The translations under genes were made by a program, and so were the position numbers. Below, in pieces: positions 10,169 through 20,000 of a stretch of DNA of 20,000 nt; within the stretch, counting starts at the first letter, position 1; the number at the start of each line of letters is the position of its first letter. This DNA is from Psammoneis japonica. Its lineage: Eukaryota. The stretch is from positions 118,952 through 138,951 of the forward strand of contig QPGO01000196.1 of assembly GCA_008632985.1 (NCBI GenBank). Reading direction: 5' to 3'. A model generated the notes under the pieces. That model was given only the letters and a program-made list of their open reading frames with translations. It did not search any database and was not told the DNA's origin.

Positions 10169-10279
10169 AAAAAAAAACAGATCTATGTTTATAGTGCTGT
10201 CACTCCTTTGCCAGCTAAGCCGGCACCGGCTAACCCACACTTCCAGTGCACCGTTAAGTGCGGCAGAAGCTTCTTGGGA

Positions 10280-13200
10280 TCAGCCGGAAGGGGCATCACC
10301 ATGAGATGACGCCCATCCAAAATAGCTTGCAATGGAGCGAGTGCCACGAAGCGCTTCACGCTTCGCCTTCTTTAGGCTTTCTTTTAGACGTGGTTTGACC
10401 ACAGCAATCCAATTCATAATCCGTAGTGTAGAGTGGGACATGTGGTCGTCAACTGAATCCAGCAGCACCTCTCTGTCTTTAGCCAAATAATCCTGTCTTT
10501 TGTTGTAAACAGCCGTAGGCTCGGCTTCCGCCTGACGGCGTAAAGATGATTTCCTCGAATCTGCGTCATGACCATGAACCTCTTGATTATGTTCTTCCCA
10601 CAGTTCCCACCAGGACTTCCAAATGTAACTTCCCATCTGCACTCCCCACACAGGAGGGGGTCAATTCTCTTTCCCACATTTCTCCAACAGACCCGTCTCA
10701 CGAAGATGTGTCTCCTGAAACACATTCCAAAGGGTAGAGCACCGTCCGTTAAAAACTTGTCGCCATCCTATCTCTGACTGGGCTTTCCATGGCATTCTCA
10801 GCATTGGGGTAATGTCAGATTCACACTGCATCTCACCTCCTGGCCATGTCTCAAGGGAAGTCAGCAGTGGATCGCATGGAGGTGGCATTGTGTCAATTTT
10901 GTTACAGTATTTTCGTAAGCCCTGTGGGAATTTGCAATGCCAGGCCTTGTTGGCGGTGCACCGTAAAATATGGTCGCGATCCTCCACAGGGTGTTCGCAC
11001 GTGAGGCAATGATGTGGCCGTACAGGATTGCACCGATGAGCAATCTTGTTTGTTGGAAGGAGCTCGTGGATGAGTTTAACCATGGAGACATGTTTCTTGG
11101 AGTACCTGCACACCAATGTTGCATGGACCTCCCAGTCGATCTTTTCTGTGATAGATTCATCCCAATCGTTTCTTTCCCAAACACATGCTAAGAGAGCGGG
11201 AGCCGTAGTGGCACATCTGACCGTGGATTTCATTCCTGCAGTGACTGTTCCATCGGTGAGGCACAGGCATGATTGACAATGGGGAAAGGGAAGTGCCTCC
11301 ATTGTGTCTGTGTCATGTTGTCCCTGGCATCGTCCTTCCAACTTATCTGCACTTACGTTAACTTGTGCATTCAGTGGGAGGGTCTCCACTGACTGGAGCC
11401 TGTCTATCCTGGTGTCCTTTTACCCAAGCTATGGACGGAGCTTGCCCGGGGGAAGAAGGATTTAGAGCCTGAGAGATGGCTTCAAGCGTTAAGTGCATTT
11501 CATTGATGACATCCCAATTGGATGAAAGCACATTGGCATCATGCTGTCACAGATAAAAGTCTCTGTCGGAATGTTCTTGTGCCGACGGGTCGATGGATGG
11601 GCGGCTGGAAGACAATCTGGAAAGGACGTGGACCAAGGCCCTGTTGTCACACCAGTTGTCGACACCTTCATACATTGACATCTTGCAAAACTCAATCAGA
11701 TGATAGATGAACCGAATCAGGGAGAGAAAACCGTAAGCCTCGGCTTGACAGAATGATGGCGAACGACCAAACACCGGACCAGCACAATCCACCAAGGGTC
11801 TGCCGTTGTATGTAACAGTCCATCTGAAGGTTGCATCGTGATGAAGCATGGATCCGTCACTGCCCGCCACGAGGCGACTTGATACAAAAAAGTCCACCAG
11901 TTCATAAACGGGAATGTGGAAATCAATGTCTGAAAAGAGAGAGAACTCCCAGGTGGGCAATGCTTGCAAGCGGTCTGCGAATAGGTCGGGTAAGGGTGGA
12001 GTTGTTTCAACCGAGAGTTTCGGGCAATGAGGAATGTATTTCCATCTGCCGTCTTCTATGGAGACAATCTCAACCGGGAATGATGAGTCAGAGGGGGAGG
12101 GAACCGTTTCGAGTTGGTGCATCGACGTAGCAACAGTGTCCTGGACTGGAAAAATGTCAAATCCTGATGGAGATCGAACGTACAAGTGTGATTCTTTGGG
12201 AGACCAGCATGCTGAACATTGCATCCTCATTTCGGAAGGGGGCATGAGCCAGTCTCCTAAGGGAGCTTTCAAACGAAAATGAGTCTTGATGGCACAACAA
12301 TTCACATAACCGCATCCAAGGACTCCATGCATGGTGGCAAGGTTTAATCTGTTCGACATTGTTGAGGGTGCTGACACTGCTGAGGTACGTAGGATCACCA
12401 TAAACTTTGGACTCATCTAAGAAGCGTCTGTCTGCCAGAGTGATGTCCGAGACTTTCAGGACCTGAAGATGCAAGCAGCAACAGTTGATCCATCGGATCT
12501 CTCTAGAAGAGAATGCTTGTGACTCAAGAGCAACATCCATTAAAAACTGATCGTTGACTCTTTGCAAGGGGAGTGCACCGTCTTGGGATAGTGTAATGCA
12601 TCCTCCAATGCTCCGTAGAAAAGACCAAACTGACCAAACCATAGCGACTCGTCATGTGGATGAGGAGCATTGACATCTCTGAGGAAGCTAACCCCCGTGC
12701 CTAGATGCAGCTGATTCCATGCAATGGCAATGTGAACCGCAGCGTATGGTTGGTCATCTTGAATCAGATGCTGTGTGCCTCGAGAATGTTTCAATGGCTG
12801 TTGTATTTGGGCAATGCCCTGTTCTACATCAAGAGAACAAAATCCACCGCCACCAAGAGATTGCGGGCCGTATAGTATCAGACGCTTTGTATTCCTGTTG
12901 TAACCACATTTGGTGAATAACATAACTCTCATAGCGCGTTGCTGTATTTGTTTCAACACTTTGGAAGCAAATTGAGAGTTAGCGAGAACAAAAGACATCG
13001 ACGGCAAATAACATGCATGGTAGCATCTCCACAATTCGGTCCAGTCTAGAGGGACAGCCCGAATGAATAACGCTTTTCCATCACTCTTGGCTTGGAGCAC
13101 TTGTTGCTGTTTCTTTAACGTCCCAGCTGGGGAAGGGTAGTGTCCCAGTGTTTTATGCGGAGCAAAGGGAGACAACTGCTTGCTGCATCTGGAAGTGGAG

Positions 13201-16100
13201 CGATCGGCTGAGAAAATTTCCACTGACATTGTACGGTTGGAGGCTCGGTTAGCCAAATTCTGAGAAGTCCCAATTGATCGCATGAAAGGAACACTTAGGG
13301 AGTTCTAGTTCATGTCCACTGGCATGGAGCAAGTCGCACCAGAGTTGGTTATCGTGCTGCAATTTGGGAGCTAAATCTTCTGCAGAAGGCTGAGGAGATG
13401 CTCTGAAGTCATTCACTTGCTTGGACGTGTCGTCTACATGTCCTCTTGTGTAGATGTTGAGCTGATGAGACCTGTCTGGTGATTCGAAGAATGCGCCATT
13501 GGCCTTGGAGTCGAAGATATCAAACAGAATGCTGCATAAGTTGTTCCAGTAAATAGGGGAGTCACCACTGCCTTGGCCAGCACCGTAGATGGGGCATTCT
13601 GCATTGTGTGAATAAGATTCCTCAGAGACCCAACAAGGTGAGCAACCAGCACCTGGCAAGATGGACAGTTGTAATTGCTGCAGCCACTGCTGACAATTCC
13701 ATGCCCAAACTGACTGATGTGATCGCCATGAGAACCGGGAGATTCCTGTCGTAACACGAAGTGCAATCGTCATCACTCGTGATTGACGTCTTGCGAGAGA
13801 CCCTTGATTCTCCAACATTAGAACTTCTAGGAATACAGGAGTCTGAGCACACAGGAAAGCTCGAGTGCCGTAGATGCCTGGATTGAATAATTGATGTTGT
13901 TCCACATGTTGCGCGAGGGCTCGCCATTTCACGCTGGTAATCAACTGGAAGTCCGCTTCGTATATGTGGATCACTGGAGACGGTGGATCTTGTATTGCCT
14001 GGCTCTTTGAAGATCATACATTGACAACATCCCGCCACCTGTCGTAAGAATATCCCCATTTGAGTGCGCAGTTGAGCAGATTTAAGCGGATCTGTTGTAG
14101 TCTGTCTTGAACTTCATCCAATTCAATGCTTCTTGTAGTGGGTCACCTTGTGAATCCGTTTCTGAAGAATGCATGTGCTTAGAATACATGGCTTTCCAGT
14201 GGCCTAAATGAAGACCGGACTTAATCGAAGTAGAAGTGGATTCTGTCCATGACTTGAATTTCCCACGAACTTCTTCGGGTGCAAGAAAATTGGACACAGA
14301 CACTGGGGTTCATCGCTGGAGATGCTTAATCAGTAGAGCCGTAGCTTCAGTCAATCCGGACGTGGAACACTTGCCGTCAAGAATAAGATCTGCCATGATG
14401 GTGTTACCTTCGTACCCCGGGTCTATCAACAAAGGAGGAACGGTTGGAGGAGTGCCGTGAGCCTGTCCAAAATGTTTTCGATTCCGTGCTGTCAGGGCAG
14501 CTGCGACATCTTGTGGAGCGTCATTGTTCCCAGTTTTCACATGTCTTGGGATCCTCTAGAGGATTAGCCGGGACCTGCACTTTGCCAACACTGGAACCAT
14601 CCTTGTCGTCAAACGCATTGATTTTTGGAATACTCGAACCGTCTCTTCTGCACATCTTATGTTCCGAAGAATCTTTGCCTCTTTAGTCGCTGCCTTGGTA
14701 CCTTCTAGATCTAGTTCTGTGATCCGAGCGTCACGTTTTCGTTCACGGTGATGTAGACTGTCGCGAGCAACTTTCTTACATTTGGACTGGGCACGTCGGA
14801 GAGCATTCTGACATTCCTCCAAAGCAGTCGGGAGAAGGAACGACTCCTTTAATTTGTATTTTTCATGAACAATCGATTCCACAAAGGCAGTCCTGTTTTT
14901 AAACATAGAAAGAAGGCGAGACAGGATGAAGACTTTGCTGCACAGGTCCGCGAGTTTTGAGACCACTCTGGTTCATGATGACGCCGGCAATGTTTTGCTG
15001 CTGAGATACAAAATTGTGTCATATCGTGGTCCAACCATTCTGCAAGGGCATGGTCTGGCTCTTCAGATGCAAGGAGTGCTGCACTTCTATCTAACACATT
15101 TCGACTCTTGAGCATTGGACCAATGGCTTCGAGGTAAGTCACAACATGCTTCGGAGACTTTGCGAGGAGGGTTCGATGGGATGGGCGAGGGAGCTCGGCG
15201 GAAGAATTACCAAACAACAACTCTGTATCAAAGTCCACATAGTGGCCGCGGTGGTCCAAGGAAATTCTGTATCCAAATGATTCGTAACCGCATTTTGTGA
15301 CAGCTTGGAGAGCACCTGAAGTGGCAAGGACGTAATCAAGTCAGCGGGATCCGCAGAGATAGGTGGCAAAGTCAAGGTCCTGTATTTTGTTGTACATCAT
15401 GTCAGAGAGCTTGAATCTCATCGCTAAGCGGGCCAGAGAGTCAGTGCCATTTCGAAAATCAGTGCTAAAATCACCAAACAAAATGACTTCCCGATTAGGA
15501 TTGTCCAGAAATGTTTCCAATATCTGGGAGAGATCATAACAAAACGCGTGTCTTGGCTCTGGTCTTGCTCAACCTTGCTGGCGCAGTAAGTTAACCTGCT
15601 GGGCGTATGCTGTAGTTTTTTCTGCAGTCAAGGAATTGTTAGAGCGCACATGGCAGCACGAGATGAACATGACTTGTTTGCCGTCAAAAATTTGTATGGA
15701 CCATCTTCCTAGTGGATCGAGCATCTTGGTGCGGCAGTGAGAAGCGACTGAATTGCATGACATGATTGCGGTGCCTCCAGGCTTATGTGGAGTTGTAAAG
15801 GGGATGGATGATGCCGAGAAGGTGACTCGGCCGTGGTGGAGGGTGTTTTGGATGACAGAGCGGCAAGGTTGTGCAATGGAAGGTTGGGTGGTGTCTAGAC
15901 ACGTCTCTGATGTCCCAATGACATCAGCCTGAATCTCATTGATAACCTGGAAGCAGGAGTTGAAGTCGCCACCAAGAGAATCAAAGGCACAACCATTTGC
16001 ATTGAACGTAGAGACGAGTGGCATCAAGAGATTTTGGACCAAGCGGGTCCCCAAGTGAGTCATTTGATTTTAGATTCGAAATGGTCAATGGTTTGAGGGG
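10280..16100 (-). pseudogene. LINE ORF2 polyprotein (APE endonuclease, reverse transcriptase, RNase H, CCHC), multiple frameshifts and stops
   Basis: APE (~15230-16060): RLYVQ/NANG, VIGTSET, KPGGT, DPLGRWS, LFGDF, DHRGHYVDFD. RT (~13250-14250): SGLHLGHWKA, KEPGN, IHIYEADF, GAGQGSGDSP, GHVDD, GHELELPKC. RNase H (~11340-11870): GSDGS, AEAYG, WCDN, DWDV, NVSADKL. C-terminus: CLTC..EDRDHILRC, QSEIGW..F.GR, WELWEEHN..HG, stop at 10280. The start position is approximate. Confidence 0.9.
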
Positions 16101-16229
16101 GAAGAGAGCACTGTCTGCCGTCAAGGAGGTGTTGCCATTGTTGAGCAGTGGCTTGCACTGAGGTGGATGATGGTGCATTAGAAGAGGTCCCCTGCAAAGC
16201 AGCAGGAGCATTTGTGTGGGAAGGGGTGT

Positions 16230-18036
16230 CACCCCTCACATTGAGGCCGTGCTCCCTTGAAGGGAGACTGGAATAGATTCATTATCTGCATCTGAGGTCA
16301 TGGGCGAAGAAGACGACTTGGTCCGCCCCGTTAAAAATGCGAGTCCTTTAGGGACATGTCCATCAAGGAGTTGTCCAGGGGTGCCTCAGAAGAAGCTCCA
16401 GCAGGGGCACTGGCATTTGGTTTCTTGCACACAGGAATGAGCATGCATCTGATGCTTGGTCCGGGAGGGGCAACCGAGCCTGAATAAAGGTCTGTAGTTC
16501 CTTAATGAGATTATCGATTTGAAGCTGATGCTTTGCCGTGAGGTCCTGTTGGAGGGCAGCCACAGATTGTTGGTGTTGCTTTTCAATCTTTGTTGGCCTG
16601 TCTTCATTTTCTTGTTTCATACGAGCCATTTCTTGTTTTAAATCATCCATGTCAGACGCGTGATCTGTAAGATCTGAGGTGGCAGCAGTGGGCAAAGGTT
16701 CAGCAGGGGATGAGTTAAGAACTTCAGCAAACGTTTTGAAGGGAGGAACGCCAACGTTGGAGGGAACCAGAGGAGCAGGAGGGGCCGTACTTGTCGCTGC
16801 AGGTTTTGGGGAAGCATCTGCGCTGTCTTGGGAAACATCTGAAATGTCAAGGGAGGTCCAGCTCTTGACACTGGCGGAAGTGATAGAATTCGCTGTGTCT
16901 GATAATTCATCTGAAATGCCTGGAATCATGGGGAACGGTTCACCTGGGGCTGTCAAAGAGCCGTCGGGGATTACATCCAACATTCTCCTGAGATTCTTTG
17001 AAATGTAATCACGAACAGACTTATGATGTTTCTTGGAGGCCAAGACATTAAACCTTGAAAAGGCAGTCTTCCTCTTAGAAGGAACTACGTCTGTGACTCC
17101 TTCAAGGATGATGAAACGGGGACGAAATAAAAAGTTGATATCAGTGGCATACAATGCAGAAGGGGAACCACGTAAGTCGTTGCCTGGAGTTTCTGTTGGT
17201 GTTCGACCGCCTTCTCATAAGCTTCAAGCTCGGTTTGTGAGTACCGCCAACAGGATAGGATTAAGAATCTTGGACACTTCTTCAGGATTTCCAGCAACAC
17301 TCGAATAACATCTTTCGCCTTATCACGCGGTGTTTCAATTGAATAAAAGTCGGCACTGACATTCTTGTCAGTCGGAGAGGTAATCTTTTGAGGAATAAGC
17401 CGGATAGGCATTTTCGCTCGGCGACTCTTAGGTGCAACTGCTTGAATGCTCTTGATGACAACATCAGCTGTGTAGCATTTTGGGAGAAATTCGGAAACTT
17501 GAGCTACACGAACCAAATCCACTACCGTTTCGTCCCATTCATGGCGGCGCATATAGATGGAGTTAGTTTGGAGAGTTTTGGTTACGAAGGGAATGTCTCT
17601 AATGTCCGACATAGTCAGGGACATGCGGATACGATGAACAATTACATGTGTTGGCTTGCGACGATGAGAACCGCCGATACGGTGAATCACAAAATGTTGG
17701 GAGTGAGTAAGGCCAGCAGTCCATTCAACCATGTTGATTTCCGGAATCACCTTTCCGCGACTGGAGAAAATAGATATCTTGTTGACTAGTGGGTCTTGAG
17801 TTGCTTTTTGTTGTAGAATTTGTAACACCTGTGTGTGGCCCATGGCGAGTGCAGTAGAAGCATTGGCATCATCGGAGGTACATTCAAAACAGAGGGTGAT
17901 CTCGGTAGTTCCATCATTGTTTGAAGTGCAGTTTCTGGCACGGGCAGGAGTAGAAGGAGCATCGTCTTTGTCTTTGGGAGGATCAGGGGGGATCTTTGCC
18001 AGTGGGGCTAGCCTGTGGTGTCGGAGAGGTCGTCAT
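16230..18036 (-). pseudogene. LINE ORF1 (gag-like protein with Pro/Ser-rich linker and coiled coil), frameshifted
   Basis: ATG at 18036 (MTTSPTPQASPTGKDP). A +1 frameshift in a C6 run (~17986-17991) leads into the 17085..17843 frame, then the 16363..17154 frame with the coiled-coil-like MDDLKQEMARMKQENE...LIKELQ. It lies upstream of APE and inside the TSDs. The end is approximate. Confidence 0.7.
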
Positions 18037-18125
18037 GGTGACGAGAACGTAGCACAAAACACACGTAGAATTCCATGTAGAAACTGTCAATGTGAAGCTA
18101 CGTAGAAAAGTTTCCAAGCTGCAGA

Positions 18126-18140
18126 ATGACATTCAATCAA
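18126..18140. repeat. LINE target-site duplication, right copy
   Basis: ATGACATTCAATCAA, identical to 10154-10168. Confidence 0.9.
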
Positions 18141-18402
18141 CAGTGTCGACTGCATTGACTTGTGTCATGATTGATCGACAATTGCCGTCATAAAATGGAT
18201 TCGAACACGCCATTGCGTGTCTTGCCCCTTCTGTTTGTTGCGCGGTCGTCTGGAGCCGGCATTGTTAGCGAGTGGCTCCGTACATGCGTGGTTTGGCGTA
18301 GAAATGTATGGAAGGGGTGTTTTTGTTTTTGTTCGGCGATGAGGCCATTGCACGTGTCACGAAAACAAAAAACGTTTTTGTTTTTGTTTTTGGGCGACGT
18401 CA

Positions 18403-18462
18403 AGGGAGTTTAGTTGGTAACCGGTTACTTGATGACCTGGGTTCGAATCCTGGGTGTGGCTC
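18403..18462 (+). pseudogene. tRNA-like remnant (tRNA pseudogene or tRNA-derived SINE head)
   Basis: A-box/D-loop-like AGTTTAGTTGGTAA (18407-18420) and B-box/T-arm CTGGGTTCGAATCCTGG (18437-18453). The spacing is too short and there is no anticodon arm or clean acceptor stem. Confidence 0.45.
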
Positions 18463-18723
18463 ATAGTAGATGTTACTGGATCTTTTAATCGAGAGCTCGT
18501 AATCACGCACTGTATGTAGAATTTGTATAGGGAGAGTCGTGCGAAAACCGCGTGGTTTTTAAAAAAATGCCTCGATTCAGCCAATCAGAAGCTCTGAAAT
18601 CATCCTCTCACGCTCGTGTCAGCAATGAATCTTTCCGAGGGGTCGTCATACTGCAGACTCCACTGTACCTCCTCTCTGCTAGCTAGAGAGTGCTCTTTAC
18701 TTCAGCAGCTACTCTCCACTCTA

Positions 18724-18749
18724 CTAGAGTAGAGAGGGCTCTACTCTAG
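18724..18749. repeat. Perfect 11-bp inverted repeat in a CTAG/TAGAG-rich tract
   Basis: CTAGAGTAGAG-AGGG-CTCTACTCTAG, with a smaller stem CTCTCT-GCTAGCT-AGAGAG at about 18672-18690. Confidence 0.8.
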
Positions 18750-20000
18750 AGTCTAGAATGTTAATGATGCTGGAACCAACCGTTGAAGAAACTAATTTCA
18801 TGAAGCTGCGACATGCCTCTACAGGTTAAATGCAAAAGGACGAATCTCGGCAAAAAGCTGTGAATGATGTGCTGTCGCAACTGTTCCCGGAAGTTGCACG
18901 ATGTTCCAACAGAAACAGGGGGCAAACCAGCCGAATGCAGCATTTTTCTGGCAAGCCATCAGTGGCAGACCCGATCCCTGAAAGAGTGGGAGCACTGCTT
19001 GCCGGCATGGTGTTGAGAACCAAATTTGCCATGCATCCAACTCCGTTCCCCATCCACAAACACATTATGTTGCCTTTCATGCCCTCAACCATTGTTCTAG
19101 TTCTGATGGCCAAACAAGGGAGTGCTGCTTGCCGGCACAGTCTTCAGAACAAAACATGTGACAAGGTGGTGGCCAAACCAAGGAATGCCACCAATCAAAC
19201 TCGGTTTCCTGTCTACACTACAAACACAGATGATTGGCCTCAATGTGAGCATCACAATGTGCTGGGAAACAACATCAATGGCACAAAAGGTCATGACAGA
19301 GCCTCTCACATGCAGAACTTACATGCACCGTGTAGAAAGCCAAACTAAACACCGTTGCGGTGCCCGTGGCAATGACGGTGGTTCACAATGCTGAAGGTGT
19401 GAGCATCATAGCATTGGCAACAACAAGAGCAGCAAACAAGGTGGCAATGGACACGCTCATGAGCATCACTTGCCACACACATTGCAACCAAATCGAGTGA
19501 CGCTTTTCCTGAAACGGATTGATTGACGGGAAGAAAGCAGCAAGAATGACATCACATTTAATGCCAAGCCCACCTCTCGACCAAATCCAGGAACACCGCC
19601 AATCCAACTTGGTTCCCCATAAACAAGCACGTGTCTGACACAGAAACTTGACAATTGGTCTCGATGAGACTGAACGTGAGCTTCACAAAATGGGCAACAT
19701 AATCAGCAGCAAAAAAGCTCGTCACACACACACACTCATTAGAAGTGGTGCATGCCACATGCACTGCAACCAATTCAATTGACACTGCTTCAAGACAACA
19801 GCATCTTTTTCATCCACACATTTACAGCCTTCCACGAGAAATGGGTGGGTCACACATTCTTGAATCTGTCGAGAAAAAACAAAAATAGCGACGAAAGCAG
19901 TGAGCAACAGGTGTGAGTGACAGCAATGTCATACAAGGCAGTGATTGTCCATTTTTGGATTTGTTCTCACCTCTCTTTTCATAGATGCACATGACAGATC

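Larger units (their letters stand above)
10169..18125 (-). mobile_element. Full-length, inactivated Ambal-like non-LTR retrotransposon (LINE), 7957 bp
   Basis: Bounded by an exact 15-bp direct repeat, ATGACATTCAATCAA (10154-10168 and 18126-18140). It has an 89-nt 5' UTR, ORF1, ORF2 (APE, RT, RNase H, CCHC), a ~100-nt 3' UTR and an oligo(T) end. The Ambal assignment rests on domain architecture, not on a phylogeny. Confidence 0.9.

Noticed and set aside
10167..10177. A11 as the poly(A) tail of a plus-strand retroelement or processed gene
   Set aside because: The run lies just inside the left TSD of a minus-strand LINE, so it sits at that element's 3' end as T. No plus-strand element with its own TSD ends here.
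10546..18105. Plus-strand ORFs inside the LINE (e.g. 16679..17008, 17388..17789)
   Set aside because: They are antisense shadows of ORF1/ORF2 with no independent motifs.
18403..18462. Functional tRNA gene
   Set aside because: There is no anticodon stem-loop, the A-to-B box distance is too short, the T-stem has two G-T pairs, and there is no convincing acceptor stem.
18724..18756. Helitron 3' end (hairpin plus CTAG)
   Set aside because: The hairpin is not GC-rich, lies only 3 nt from the CTAG, is followed by A rather than T, and no Rep/helicase remnant was recognised.

Overview
This is a gene-poor eukaryotic transposon cluster with no clear host gene; the element families resemble those of diatoms/stramenopiles (recalled similarity, not a database result). 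From left to right: (1) the right part of a PIF/Harbinger-ISL2EU-type DNA transposon (1-~1740) with an accessory ORF, a small KOW-motif ORF, a transposase lacking its DDE core, and subterminal repeats; (2) a heavily decayed minus-strand Ty3/Gypsy pol, split inside RNase H by (3) a 2565-bp non-autonomous TIR element (2689-5253; TA/CA flanks) carrying a ~180-bp tandem array; (4) a better preserved Gypsy gag (7736-8878), probably from a second element; (5) a full-length but inactivated ~8-kb Ambal-like LINE (10169-18125, minus strand; ORF1, then APE-RT-RNase H-CCHC) between perfect 15-bp target-site duplications, whose sense strand ends in oligo(T) rather than poly(A); (6) a tRNA-like A/B-box remnant, hairpins and an unidentified decayed repeat-bearing ORF. 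The most notable observations are the oligo(T)-tailed LINE and a window-wide double mutational signature, CpG->TpG/CpA plus an unexpected TpA->TpG/CpA.
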